The position numbers and the translations under genes were made by a program. 64,000 bases of DNA from Candidatus Bathyarchaeota archaeon (GTDB lineage: Archaea; Thermoproteota; Bathyarchaeia; Bathyarchaeales; Bathycorpusculaceae). The number at the start of each line of letters is the position of its first letter. Position 1 is the first letter of the stretch. The stretch covers positions 128,001-192,000 of the forward strand of contig CAVYES010000007.1 in the NCBI GenBank assembly GCA_963767735.1, in the 5' to 3' direction. Below, in pieces: positions 29,217-39,704 of the stretch. The notes beneath the pieces are model-generated. The model had not been told where the DNA came from. It did no database searches and saw nothing but the letters and a program-made list of their open reading frames with translations.

Positions 29217-29618
29217 TCAAGAAAATACAGAGAACGATGATTCGCCTTCAGGCTCTTTTTGTTTATCGTTGATTTCCTTAATTTTCTTTTCAAGTTCCTC
29301 TACTTCTTTAGTATTACCCAACACTTTTTGGCAGTCCCTTGCCTGCTCAAGTCCACTCAGGCCATATCTGTCAAATGCCTTGCTAAACGCGATATCTGCC
29401 GATTTCATGAAAAGTTCGGTGCCTTTCACGCAGTCCTTGAGGGCAACAGCGGCTTCACCAGCTTTATAATACATTTCTGCTGCACCAAAATAGTTCTGTC
29501 CTTTATAGTAAAGCTCGCCAGTTTTGGCAAACATGTCTTTTGCTTCTTCATATTTGCCGTTTTCCATTAGTGAAATGGCTTGTTTGTGCATTTTTATTGG
29601 GTCTACTTTTTCAGTCAT
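29217..29618 (-). CDS. TPR/SNAP-like helical repeat protein
   Basis: Repeated A...Y..A helical pattern. Confidence 0.7.
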   Translation of the reverse strand: MTEKVDPIKMHKQAISLMENGKYEEAKDMFAKTGELYYKGQNYFGAAEMYYKAGEAAVALKDCVKGTELFMKSADIAFSKAFDRYGLSGLEQARDCQKVLGNTKEVEELEKKIKEINDKQKEPEGESSFSVFS

Positions 29619-29759
29619 GAGTTGTCACTCTTTGTCTCTATTTTGAGGTGAACTCCCATTTAGATTTTCCTCTCCAAAAACCTCAAAAAAAGAAAGTAGC
29701 CAAACGGTGAATGGCATAACATAAAAGGCTCTTCCAATATGCAGTAAATAGGAATAAAC

Positions 29760-31160
29760 TTGATGCTACGCTGCATTCAATGTATTCGCTGCGGAACAGA
29801 GTTTCCAGTTTACCCACTGCGAAGTAACTGCGAAAAATGCGGCGGAACACTTGAATTCATAGCTGACTTTCCAGAAGCTGCAAAATTAAGCCTTTCTGGT
29901 CCTTTCGGATTTTGGCGGTACAGACTGATGCTTCCTCCCGTTAAGCATATGGTCAGTTTGGGAGAGGGCGGAACACCATTGCATAGGGCTGAAAGGCTTG
30001 CTAAAGCCGTTGGATTGAAAGACCTTTATTTGAAAGATGAAACCCGCAACCCCACAAGCTCCTACCGAGACCGCGCCGCAGCTTTCTTGACGTCAAACGC
30101 GATTGATCAAGGTTATGCCGCCTTAGTATGTGCCAGTAACGGAAACATGGGGGCTTCTTTAGCTGCCTACACCGCAAAAGCAGCGTTGATTTGCCATGTT
30201 GTGGTTCCTAAAGTTGTTGATGTTGGAAAACTGGCGCAGATGATTGCTTACGACGCCGTCATCGAGGAATCAGGCGTCATCGTGGATGACTCAATCCGAA
30301 AAGCAGCTGGCTTAGCCAAGGAAACAGGATGGTACCAAGCCACCGCCGAACTCAATCCGCTAGTTGTTGAAGCCCAAAAAACCATTTCGTATGAAATTTC
30401 TGAACAGTTTGCCGTTCCAGAATGGGTTATTGTTCCAATGGGAAGCGGCGGAACCATCTATTCTCTTTGGAAAGGGTTTAAAGAACTCAAACAGCTGGAA
30501 CTTACCAGTTCGCTGCCCCGGATGGTTGGGGTTCAGACTGAAGGCTGCGCGCCAATAATCAGCAAACTGAAACAAAACGGTTCCCTAAAAGCCTGCAACC
30601 CATCAACGCGAGCATTAGCTATTCTGGTAGGCGAACCACTCCAAAGCGACTTAGCAATTAAAGCCATAAAAGAATCAAACGGACTAGCTTTAACCGTGAC
30701 AGACGCGGAGATTTTTGCTTCGGAGCTTTTGGTCGCCAAACTCGAAGGAGTCTTCGCCGAACCCGCAAGCTCAGCCGCTGTAGCGGCATTACAAAAATTG
30801 AAAGATGATAAAATTTTAGGCGATGGAAGCGTGGTTTGCCTAATTACGGGGAGCGGCTTAAAGGCGACTGATGTTTTGCAAGCATTGACGAAAAAACAGA
30901 AAGCAGCAGGATTAGGGCTTGCAGTGAGTACAAAACAGAAAATTCTCAAAATCCTCAGCGAAAAAGACACGTATGGTTATGATTTGTGGAAGCAGTTGGG
31001 ACAGATCATGACTCGCGCCGCGGTGTATCAGCATCTCAATGAGTTATCGGACAGAGGGTTGGTGGTTGGCTATGAGGAGAGCGGCAAGAAATTTTTCCGA
31101 ATTACTGAGCGTGGAAGGAAGGTTCTGGCAGCTTTTGATGATATACAGTTGCTTTTGTGA
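29760..31160 (+). CDS. Threonine-synthase-like protein (PLP Lys->Arg) fused to C-terminal PadR-like wHTH
   Basis: Zn ribbon, SLGEGGTPL, NPTSSYRDR, ASNGN, LITGSGLK; then YGYDL...VYQHL.EL...GLV...ITERG. Confidence 0.85.
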   Translation: MMLRCIQCIRCGTEFPVYPLRSNCEKCGGTLEFIADFPEAAKLSLSGPFGFWRYRLMLPPVKHMVSLGEGGTPLHRAERLAKAVGLKDLYLKDETRNPTSSYRDRAAAFLTSNAIDQGYAALVCASNGNMGASLAAYTAKAALICHVVVPKVVDVGKLAQMIAYDAVIEESGVIVDDSIRKAAGLAKETGWYQATAELNPLVVEAQKTISYEISEQFAVPEWVIVPMGSGGTIYSLWKGFKELKQLELTSSLPRMVGVQTEGCAPIISKLKQNGSLKACNPSTRALAILVGEPLQSDLAIKAIKESNGLALTVTDAEIFASELLVAKLEGVFAEPASSAAVAALQKLKDDKILGDGSVVCLITGSGLKATDVLQALTKKQKAAGLGLAVSTKQKILKILSEKDTYGYDLWKQLGQIMTRAAVYQHLNELSDRGLVVGYEESGKKFFRITERGRKVLAAFDDIQLLL

Positions 31161-31222
31161 TTGTTGTTCCGTAACGCTTATTTTATAGTATAGCTGCAAC
31201 TATACTATAGGTGCGGTTTTGA

Positions 31223-32131
31223 ATGAGCGAAACTAAGAGAATAGTTGAGCAAAAAGGAACTGACAGGTTGAAAAGAGGATTTGCCAAAATGGTCAAAGGC
31301 GGCGTAGTAATGGATGTCACTAATGCAGAGCAGGCAAAGATTGCCGAGGCTGCAGGCGCCGTTTCCGTTATGGCACTAGAAGCTGTTCCTGCAGACATAC
31401 GCGCAAGAGGCGGCGTAGCAAGAATGGCTGAACCAAAAAGAGTTAAAGAAATCATTGCCGCAGTAACTGTTCCGGTTATGGCTAAATGCAGAATAGGTCA
31501 TATTGTGGAAGCACAAGTGCTTGAAGCCTTAGGTGCTGACATGGTTGATGAAAGTGAAGTATTAACTCCAGCAGACGAAGACGACCACATCGAAAAAAGA
31601 AAGTTTACTGTTCCTTTTGTATGTGGTGCAAGAAACCTAGGCGAAGCTTTAAGAAGAATAAATGAAGGAGCCGCCATGATAAGGACTAAAGGTGAACCAG
31701 GAACCGGAAACGTCGTTGAAGCGGTAAGACACCTAAAACTCATGAACAGAGAAGTAGCAGCATTAAAACGAATGTCAGACGACCAATTGATAGAAAAAGC
31801 TAAAGAATACTTTGTTCCAGTAGAATTAGTTAAAGAGACAAGAGACCTGGGAAGATTACCTGTCGTGAATTTTGCTGCAGGAGGAATTTCCACACCGTCT
31901 GATGCAGCATTAATGATGCAGTTAGGTGCCGATGGCTTATTTGTTGGTTCAGGAGTATTCAAATCTAAAAACCCCCAAGCTTACGCAAAAGCAATCGTAG
32001 AAGCAGCATTGCATTACGATGACCCAAAAATTCTCGCCAAAATCTCTGAAGGGCTAGGCGAACCAATGGATGGGATAGATACTTCAAAGATGGAAGAAAA
32101 CCAGAAAATGCAAACCCGGGGAACCAATTGA
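31223..32131 (+). CDS. pdxS: Pyridoxal 5'-phosphate synthase lyase subunit
   Basis: [32 protein letters not shown]. Confidence 0.97.
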   Translation: MSETKRIVEQKGTDRLKRGFAKMVKGGVVMDVTNAEQAKIAEAAGAVSVMALEAVPADIRARGGVARMAEPKRVKEIIAAVTVPVMAKCRIGHIVEAQVLEALGADMVDESEVLTPADEDDHIEKRKFTVPFVCGARNLGEALRRINEGAAMIRTKGEPGTGNVVEAVRHLKLMNREVAALKRMSDDQLIEKAKEYFVPVELVKETRDLGRLPVVNFAAGGISTPSDAALMMQLGADGLFVGSGVFKSKNPQAYAKAIVEAALHYDDPKILAKISEGLGEPMDGIDTSKMEENQKMQTRGTN

Positions 32132-32754
32132 AAGTAGGAGTCATAGCTGTACAAGGTGCGGTAACCGAACACATCGATATTTTAAGGAAAGCAATGAAAG
32201 AACTAAAAATCGACGGCTACACCGTACCTATAAGGGCAACTAAAGACCTCGACAATGTTTCTGGGCTTGTTATACCCGGAGGCGAATCAACAACAATAAG
32301 TCGATTAATACTTGATGCTGGAGTGCAACAAAAAATAATTGAGCTTGCAAAAGAAGGAATACCAATTCTCGGAACCTGCGCAGGCGCAATCCTTCTGGCA
32401 AAAGAGGGTGATGTACAAGTGAAACAGACCAAAACAAACCTACTGGGCCTAATGGAAATGGAGGTCAACAGAAACGCTTACGGTCGACAAGTTGATTCTT
32501 TTGAAGTGGATTTGCAAATAGACGAAATCGGAAAAGAACCTTTCAAAGGAATATTTATCCGTGCACCGACCATCGAAAAAGTTTGGGGCTCCACTAGCGT
32601 TTGGGCGAAGCACCAAACTAAAGTTGTAGGCGCGAAAAGAGGAAATATTTTAGTCCTAACTTTCCACCCAGAGCTAGGCGAAGACCTGAGAATTCATGAA
32701 TACTTCCTAAAAATGGTTTCAAACCAAGAAATTGCTAATGCAAATCGACAGTAA
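32128..32754 (+). CDS. pdxT: Pyridoxal 5'-phosphate synthase glutaminase subunit
   Basis: PGGESTT, GTCAG, RNAYGRQ, FIRAP, FHPEL. Confidence 0.97.
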   Translation: MKVGVIAVQGAVTEHIDILRKAMKELKIDGYTVPIRATKDLDNVSGLVIPGGESTTISRLILDAGVQQKIIELAKEGIPILGTCAGAILLAKEGDVQVKQTKTNLLGLMEMEVNRNAYGRQVDSFEVDLQIDEIGKEPFKGIFIRAPTIEKVWGSTSVWAKHQTKVVGAKRGNILVLTFHPELGEDLRIHEYFLKMVSNQEIANANRQ

Positions 32755-32823
32755 TACATCTCTTCGCCAAGCCGTTGAAAAAGGTTGCCACGCTTAAAAG
32801 CTAGATTTTACTGATGGTAAGCT

Positions 32824-33831
32824 ATGAAACTGCCTCCTGGAAAAATCCCGTTAGACATCCTAAAAGAAGTTGTCTTCAAAAACTTGGGTGCCGAACGCAG
32901 TGAAGTAGTTTTAGGTCCTGCCGCTGGATTAGATGGTGCAGTATTGGATGTTGGGAGCAAGAACGCCATCGTTTCCATGGATCCCATCACTGGTGCAGTT
33001 GAACGGATCGGATGGGAAGCCATCAACATTAATGCTAATGATGTGGCTACGTTTGGGGTTGAACCCGCCTTTTTCTTCTCATGCTTGCTTTTGCCAGAGA
33101 ACGTTGACAGCAAAATCGTTGAAACCATAAGCAGCCAAATGAACGCCGCCGCCAAGGAGCTGGGCATTGCGATTGTTGGAGGACACTGCGAATCAACTCC
33201 GGGACTGACTAACCCGATAGTGGTTGGCTGCATCATGGGCTTAACTGAAAAAGGCAAATACGTTACCGCTGCAGGCGCCAAAGCAGGCGACAAGCTGATT
33301 TTAACAAAAAGTGCTGGAATTGAAGGCACTGCAATCTTAGCCTCCGACCGCGAAGCGCAACTAAAAAAAGTTTTTACCCCGAGCTTCATAGAGAGTGCCA
33401 AACGTTTCTCCGGTCAAATAAGCATCGTAAAAGACGCCTTAACAGCTTATAGAACAGGCGGAGTCCACGCGATGCATGACCCAACTGAAGGCGGAATACT
33501 AAACGGCATTCACGAAATGGCAGACGCAGCTGGCTTGGGCGTGCGCGTTTTTGAAGAGAAAATTACGGTTGAACCTGAAACCGCAAAAATATGCAGGTTC
33601 TATGAAATTGACCCTTTGCAACTGATTAGTTCAGGCGCGCTACTCATAGCTGCCAAACCTGAAGAAGCAAACAAAATAATCGATGCCTTAAGCCTTGAGC
33701 ATATTTACGCTGACCTCATAGGCGAATTCAACATCTCCCCCAACAAACGAATACTAATGCATAAAGACGACACCGCAGAAATGCTGCCAAGACCTGTCTC
33801 AGACCACCTATGGATTGCTTTAACCAATTAA
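32824..33831 (+). CDS. AIR synthase-related (HypE/PurM-like) protein
   Basis: DPITGA, NANDVA, IVGGH, AMHDPTEGG. Confidence 0.88.
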   Translation: MKLPPGKIPLDILKEVVFKNLGAERSEVVLGPAAGLDGAVLDVGSKNAIVSMDPITGAVERIGWEAININANDVATFGVEPAFFFSCLLLPENVDSKIVETISSQMNAAAKELGIAIVGGHCESTPGLTNPIVVGCIMGLTEKGKYVTAAGAKAGDKLILTKSAGIEGTAILASDREAQLKKVFTPSFIESAKRFSGQISIVKDALTAYRTGGVHAMHDPTEGGILNGIHEMADAAGLGVRVFEEKITVEPETAKICRFYEIDPLQLISSGALLIAAKPEEANKIIDALSLEHIYADLIGEFNISPNKRILMHKDDTAEMLPRPVSDHLWIALTN

Positions 33832-33946
33832 ATCGCGTCTTATTCCACTTAGCGGCACCTGTAAAACAGCACAAAGGTTAATAGATATAATCGAATTTTA
33901 CCGATGGTGCTTTAGGACTCATGCAGCAATTTAAATCAAAAGATAG

Positions 33947-34945
33947 GTGCATGGACGGTTAAAAATGAAAGTTTACGTTAAAACCCCAGCCAGACTACAT
34001 TTAGGACTCATTGATTTAGGAGGCGAACTGGGGCGGGTTTTTGGCGGAATAGGAGTAGCCGTAAATCGACCTAACGTTATTCTTGAGGCAAAATCAGCCC
34101 AAAATCTTGAGTTTTCGGGCGAAAAAAACGAAAATTTACGACCCATAGTGGAACGGCTGCTTAAAAAATATAACATAAAACCCCAAGTTTCTATTAACGT
34201 AAGACAGACCATCCCTGAGCACGTTGGATTAGGTTCGGGAACCCAGTTATCGTTAGCCGCTGCCGCTGCGGTATCAAGGCTTTTTGGTTTGAAGGTCCCG
34301 GTTGAAAGTCTAGCTTGTTTAACGGGAAGAGGATATGTTTCGGGTGTAGGAACAGCACTCTTCAAGCAAGGCGGTTTTGTTGTTGAAGCTGGATTAAAAA
34401 GTCAAGGAAACAAGCCTGCTCCCCAAGCCTTGGAAAATCTTCCGCCGGTAATATTTCGTCAGTCATTTCCAGCAGACTGGTTTTTCGTTATAGCTATCCC
34501 CGACGTTAAAAAAGGATTGTCTGGTCAAGAGGAAGCCAAAGCGTTTGGGCATTTGCAGCCCATGCATAGAGAAAAAGCCGCCCTCATAAGTCACCTGATA
34601 GTTATGGGACTGCTACCAGCGCTCCAAGAAAGAGACATAGAAACCTTTGGAAAATCGTTAACAGAAATCCAAAGCATAGTGGGAGACTACTTTGCAACGG
34701 TTCAAGGAGCACGATTCTCAAGTTCCCCAGCGGGAGACTGCATAAGGCACATGCTGGAAAACGGAGCTCACGGCGCAGGGCAAAGCTCCTGGGGGCCAAC
34801 CGTTTACGGACTCGCCCACGGAGAAGCAGAAGCAAAAAAACTGTCAATTTCAACCAAGAAGTTCTTGCAAGAAAACGTCGGCGGACAAGTATTCTTCACA
34901 ACAGCAAACAATAAAGGAGCCTACATAAAAACAGCGGCATCATAA
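33947..34945 (+). CDS. mptG: Beta-ribofuranosylaminobenzene 5'-phosphate synthase (GHMP family)
   Basis: TPARLHLGLID, HVGLGSGTQ, GQSSWGPT; start probably ATG at 33965. Confidence 0.88.
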   Translation: MHGRLKMKVYVKTPARLHLGLIDLGGELGRVFGGIGVAVNRPNVILEAKSAQNLEFSGEKNENLRPIVERLLKKYNIKPQVSINVRQTIPEHVGLGSGTQLSLAAAAAVSRLFGLKVPVESLACLTGRGYVSGVGTALFKQGGFVVEAGLKSQGNKPAPQALENLPPVIFRQSFPADWFFVIAIPDVKKGLSGQEEAKAFGHLQPMHREKAALISHLIVMGLLPALQERDIETFGKSLTEIQSIVGDYFATVQGARFSSSPAGDCIRHMLENGAHGAGQSSWGPTVYGLAHGEAEAKKLSISTKKFLQENVGGQVFFTTANNKGAYIKTAAS

Positions 34946-34992
34946 AAAACAGGTCTTAGAATAACACAAAACGCAAGATTTACTTGGAATAA

Positions 34993-35796
34993 TTGAGGAG
35001 AAAACACGTGAACTTTACACTGGATGATTGGCTTCCGTGGTATAACAAAATTCTTGAAACCTTCGGGTACGACCAGTCGGGAGATCAGCGGGCAACTGAT
35101 TTGCTCAGCGTGTTGCTTGAGGGGCGGGCTGGGCATGTGACTGAACTAAGGAAGCTAATTGAAAATAGACCTGTGTTGGTTTTTGGTGCCGGTCCATCTC
35201 TTGAAGAAGACCTCAGAGAAGTCATAAAAGAAGGACTCTTGAAAAAGACCGTGACCGTCGTAGCTGACGGAGCGACAACAGCCTTCGTTCAAATATCAGG
35301 AACAACACCAAATGTAATCGTAACCGACCTGGACGGAATAATAAGCGACATTGTTTATGCTCAGCGTCTAGGAGCTATTATGGTTATTCATGCGCACGGC
35401 GATAATATTGAAAAGTTGAAAAAATATGTGCCAGAATTCTCTAGAGCTATAGGCAGCACACAGGCGCAGCCCCGTTCTAATGTCCACAATTTTCTGGGTT
35501 TCACCGACGGTGACAGGGCAGTTTTTCTAGCAGCAGGAATGGGGGCTAAACTGATTGCCTTAGCTGGAATGGATTTCGGATGCACCGTGGGCAAATACTC
35601 CAAGAAACAAGTGGCATCAATTGAGGTTAAGAGAAAAAAACTCAAGTTCGGGAAAGAACTACTTGAATGGCTAGCTACTGAAATGGCAGAAAAAATTAAG
35701 CTTTATAACATCACGTTTAACGGGGAAAACATTGAGGGATTTAGAAACATCAAAACCTCAGATTTACAAAAAATTGTCCGAAGCGCAACAATGTGA
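34993..35796 (+). CDS. mptE: 6-hydroxymethyl-7,8-dihydropterin pyrophosphokinase (DUF115)
   Basis: GAGPSL, VADGA, VTDLDG, HAHGDN, GFTDGDRA. Confidence 0.9.
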   Translation: MRRKHVNFTLDDWLPWYNKILETFGYDQSGDQRATDLLSVLLEGRAGHVTELRKLIENRPVLVFGAGPSLEEDLREVIKEGLLKKTVTVVADGATTAFVQISGTTPNVIVTDLDGIISDIVYAQRLGAIMVIHAHGDNIEKLKKYVPEFSRAIGSTQAQPRSNVHNFLGFTDGDRAVFLAAGMGAKLIALAGMDFGCTVGKYSKKQVASIEVKRKKLKFGKELLEWLATEMAEKIKLYNITFNGENIEGFRNIKTSDLQKIVRSATM

Positions 35797-35835
35797 AAAA
35801 CAGACTTTTTGGGACTCAAAAGATGCGGGCTACGG

Positions 35836-36453
35836 TTAGAGACCGGGTATATTTGTCTCTACTAAGTTTATGTCCATGCTGTAAGACTGCCCGTCAACAG
35901 TTGGAGAGGTCATGACCATTTTGATTGGCCACTGTATGCTGTTGTCAACGTAGTACGTGGCGCTGACGCCTTGGCTGCTGTATGTGTAGACAGTGCAACT
36001 TCGTGTTCCAAGGTTCGGCAAAGTTATTTGCGCGCTATAAGTGCTATTCAAAGGCAAGCCCTCTGGTTGGTATGTCATGTTTTCCCTGCTTACCCAAGTC
36101 GTAGTCGTGTTCGTCGTTGCGCCAAAGGGTGTTGACATACTGTAGCTAGTTAGGACTTGAATTTGAGTTTCGTTGAGACCGATGATTTCCATGGTTGCGT
36201 TGAAGTTAACTGTCATTGATAGGACAGTGGCTTGGCCTGTGTATGTGGCGTATGCGCCTATTTTAATCCAGGATTGAGAAGTATTTTGATTGCTAGTTTG
36301 ACTGCTAGACGGGTTCTGACCGGTTAATAATAGTCCGCTGGTTAAGGTTGCTGCTAGAGCAATAACTAGGATAGCGACTGCGATTAAGGCTATTTTCTTT
36401 TTGCTGTGGGTAACGATTTTTGTGTTTTGCTGATTGGTTTCCAATTTGGTCAC
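35836..36453 (-). CDS. Membrane-anchored secreted protein
   Basis: N-terminal TM, S/T-rich body. Confidence 0.7.
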   Translation of the reverse strand: MTKLETNQQNTKIVTHSKKKIALIAVAILVIALAATLTSGLLLTGQNPSSSQTSNQNTSQSWIKIGAYATYTGQATVLSMTVNFNATMEIIGLNETQIQVLTSYSMSTPFGATTNTTTTWVSRENMTYQPEGLPLNSTYSAQITLPNLGTRSCTVYTYSSQGVSATYYVDNSIQWPIKMVMTSPTVDGQSYSMDINLVETNIPGL

Positions 36454-36600
36454 TTCCAGCGTATTAAGTATTGCGAAACCATATATATCTTTTGGAAGGC
36501 AAACCAGATTTGAGAAATAAATTAAAAAACTACGAACTCAAATCAATTAAGTCAGCCAACATTTTCTAAAAACAACTTTTCAAGAAATCAGTACTATGCT

Positions 36601-37752
36601 TTAGGGTTTTTTGAAAATATCCAACCCTTTTTGCACCGCTTCGCCGAGATAAAGGTTGTCAAAGATTGTGCCTTCGCTTTCTCTTAGTTTCATGACGCGG
36701 ATTATTTCTTCGAATTTGCCGTGAGCTATCCCGTTGGCAAACACCGCCGCACCTTCTGCCGCTTGTTTAGACATCTTTGCCTCGCCTTGAAATCTCACAA
36801 CATCAACGTGCGAGCCAATCGCGCTAAAGAAGTCTTGCAATCTCAACTTTATCGCATCAACGAACGGGGGCATATTTACGAATCGCCCGCTTAGAATCAC
36901 TTCTTTGGGTTTAATGGCGGGTAGAAGTGAGGCAACGTCTTTAACTATTGATTCCATCATTAGGTCATATCCTGCTCGCACTTTTTCGTTGCTTTTGGCA
37001 AGAGTGATGAACTCTTCCAAGGGTTTTGAGGTGTCAATTCCAGCGACTGATGCGCATCCTCCGGTGAAAAGCATGAGTTTTGAGAAATCTTTAACTGTGT
37101 TAGCCAAAGCGTAGGCGACCTCTGAATCCAAGAAGCCCATGCCAAGATATGAGGGAAAACCCGCGGTTCCTGCCATGGCATCAACTATTTGGCCGTTTTT
37201 AATCGCCATCGCCGAGGTATATGCAAATCCTATTTCTAAAAGGATGCAGTTGGTTTCTTCATAGGGGATTTTTAGTCTTTCTGCTTGATTCTTAACTGCT
37301 AAAACGGCACTGAGTACTTTATCGGATGTACCCATGTCTATCTTGTTCGCTTTTCTGTACTTAGGAACCGTCGTTAAGTGAACCACTGACGGCGTAAACC
37401 AAACCTCAAGGTCCGCGGCAGTCTTCATCATTTTCATGGCTTCTCTTAAGCCAATAATCTTCAGCTTCCTTTCCACGTCAGCCTCAGTTACAAAAGTTGC
37501 CAATGCAATGTCTGCGTAGCTTGCATCCTTTGCTTTTTGAAGAGACATTCCGTATCCGGAAGGTCCAACAATTGCATCTATGGAACCCGCGGTCCGTTGG
37601 GTTTCCCTGAGCTTTTCGATTATGACGCTGGGTTTCTTGGTTATTTCGTCTCGAGGTATAGCTGTGTCAATTAAGACTTTTCCGTTTTCGTCGTCGAAAC
37701 CGAAGATGTCCATGGTTTTTGTTCCGGAATCTATTCCGATAGCTTTAACCAT
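36601..37752 (-). CDS. DUF1464-family ASKHA kinase-like protein
   Basis: GIDSGTKTMD, GPSGYG, NKIDMGTSDK, EIGFAYT, ILSGR. Confidence 0.8.
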   Translation of the reverse strand: MVKAIGIDSGTKTMDIFGFDDENGKVLIDTAIPRDEITKKPSVIIEKLRETQRTAGSIDAIVGPSGYGMSLQKAKDASYADIALATFVTEADVERKLKIIGLREAMKMMKTAADLEVWFTPSVVHLTTVPKYRKANKIDMGTSDKVLSAVLAVKNQAERLKIPYEETNCILLEIGFAYTSAMAIKNGQIVDAMAGTAGFPSYLGMGFLDSEVAYALANTVKDFSKLMLFTGGCASVAGIDTSKPLEEFITLAKSNEKVRAGYDLMMESIVKDVASLLPAIKPKEVILSGRFVNMPPFVDAIKLRLQDFFSAIGSHVDVVRFQGEAKMSKQAAEGAAVFANGIAHGKFEEIIRVMKLRESEGTIFDNLYLGEAVQKGLDIFKKP

Positions 37753-37754
37753 GT

Positions 37755-38717
37755 TTATGCCTTCGAAACGGAAGCGCCACTATTATTTGCTTTAGTGTAG
37801 AATACTTCGCCACCGCTACTCTTCTTTAGGTACTGCTTTAACTCTTCGGTTAGGCGTTTGGCTTCTGCTTCCCCTTGCACAAGGGAGTAGAATGTTGGTC
37901 CCCAAGAGGTTTGGCATGCGCATGAGCTATGTTGCAGCATGAGTTTGATGCCGCCTTCAACCACTTTATTGCGGTATGTGCCTTCCTGATATGAACTCCA
38001 GAATTGCCCGAGCTTTTGGTTAAAAGCGGTTAATCCTTCGCCGAATTCTTTGATGTTTTTCTCTACGAAGGCAGGCATGATTTTAACTAAAACTATTCTT
38101 GAAAGTTGGTCAGATTGCTCTTTTAGCATAACTTTCAAGTTGCCTAATATTTCGTCTTCTTTTGAGCGCATCTTTGTTATTTCAACTCTAGATTCATCAG
38201 GGATAGCCACCACAAAAAACCAGTCTTTCGGCATCGCGCTTTGAAATATGAGAGGCGGAACCATCTTTTCTCTTTGGTCAACTTTGAATCCGCCTTCAAT
38301 TATGAATCCGCCCGTCTTGAATGCGTAGACACCTAATGCAGTTATTGTTCCCCTGCCCATAATTAGAGCCACATCTTCAACGCTCAAATTTAAACCATAA
38401 AGATTGGATAATCCGACTCCGATTGAGAGAGCTAATGTGGTGTGAAATCCTAAGCCAACAAACTTTGGAATCTCTCTCTTAATGTGGACTTCTGCGCCTT
38501 CTATGTGTGTTTTTTCCACAAAGCGTTTTGCAAATTTGAATGCATCTTTATCTTCAGCCTTGATTCCCTTTGCTTTGGCAACTTCAACTTCAAGCGGAAG
38601 ATCAATGGCGAAACCCACCGTTCCATAGAGCCTTCCTAAATCGCCAGTTAAATCAAAATTCCCTGTATGCAAATGTGCCGGAGCGCTAATTGCCAACTTT
38701 TCCAAATAAACCACCAA
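37755..38717 (-). CDS. Second beta-RFAP-synthase-like GHMP protein
   Basis: APAHLHTGNFDL, VGLG..T, GGFIIEGG, QTSWGPT. Confidence 0.82.
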   Translation of the reverse strand: MVVYLEKLAISAPAHLHTGNFDLTGDLGRLYGTVGFAIDLPLEVEVAKAKGIKAEDKDAFKFAKRFVEKTHIEGAEVHIKREIPKFVGLGFHTTLALSIGVGLSNLYGLNLSVEDVALIMGRGTITALGVYAFKTGGFIIEGGFKVDQREKMVPPLIFQSAMPKDWFFVVAIPDESRVEITKMRSKEDEILGNLKVMLKEQSDQLSRIVLVKIMPAFVEKNIKEFGEGLTAFNQKLGQFWSSYQEGTYRNKVVEGGIKLMLQHSSCACQTSWGPTFYSLVQGEAEAKRLTEELKQYLKKSSGGEVFYTKANNSGASVSKA

Positions 38718-38925
38718 GCAATTTTTAAAGACGCAATTAATTAAGTCGAAACTAATAAACTATTAGATTAGGGCTCCGCCAAGTCTTGGGGTGATGTTCT
38801 TCCTTAACCTTCGGGTGTCAACACTCACTGATAGTTCCGCGAACGACCCAACACCAACGTTCTAAAACTTAGAATTAAATATCAGAAAGAGCCTAACCAA
38901 CCTCGCTTGTAGCCTCAGTGATGGG

Positions 38926-39546
38926 ATGGATAAAAATCTGAAAATAGTCTTAGCGGTTGTCTTAATTGTTGTGATTGAAGTAAGTGGAATATTCTGGTTT
39001 CCTGCCTTATCGCGAACACTTAAACCAGCAAGCAGCGGGCCAACTACACCAGCAACCAACGTGGAGCAGATAACCGCACAATATCTTCCAGGATATGTTT
39101 TCCAAACCATTTCAAACTCAGGTGAGGGAACGATTTTTGAATCAGCCACAAGAATCTTTTTGGTTTCCGCCGAAACATATTACGGGTACGCCAACGAGAC
39201 AGTAAAATCACCTAACCCTTTTGAAGGTAACATAATTAACAAGGGCGACCCAATTTTCATAATAAATGCCACATTGAGGAACGATTACAGCCCTCAAAAG
39301 CCACTACCCCTATCCAGGGATAATTACGCATATATTTTCGTCACCGCAGCTCTCTATTCCCAAAATGTAACAATAAATATGAAGGATGTGAGTCCAACAG
39401 ACCCTCAAGTTGGGGGATTTCTCACTGCCTTCATTGTGTTAAGTAGTGGGGAAACGGCTTCTGTTGAGATTTGGTTGGCGACAGGCAATAGGAACATCGA
39501 CCATTACGAAATCAACCTCAGCGTCTTTGGAACTCCACCACCCTAA
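38926..39546 (+). CDS. Membrane-anchored secreted hypothetical protein
   Basis: N-terminal TM; NATLRNDY beta-sandwich-like body. Confidence 0.65.
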   Translation: MDKNLKIVLAVVLIVVIEVSGIFWFPALSRTLKPASSGPTTPATNVEQITAQYLPGYVFQTISNSGEGTIFESATRIFLVSAETYYGYANETVKSPNPFEGNIINKGDPIFIINATLRNDYSPQKPLPLSRDNYAYIFVTAALYSQNVTINMKDVSPTDPQVGGFLTAFIVLSSGETASVEIWLATGNRNIDHYEINLSVFGTPPP

Positions 39547-39704
39547 GATTAGCCAGAATTATCTTAAACAATCAAAAATCGACTTATTGATGGGCGACAA
39601 ACCTAGCAAATATCTGGGCGCATTAAAACAAAGTAAATCTGGAAATCATAAAGTAAAGAATAATAAGCCACATCACCATTGCGGTTCACTTGGGATAGGG
39701 TTTA

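Noticed and set aside
29760-31160. Annotation as functional thrC
   Set aside because: The PLP Schiff-base lysine is replaced by arginine.
1687-33401. Long antisense ORFs (e.g. 1687-2076, 27418-27882, 30533-30970, 31498-31962, 32808-33401)
   Set aside because: They are shadows of well-supported genes on the opposite strand and have no motifs.
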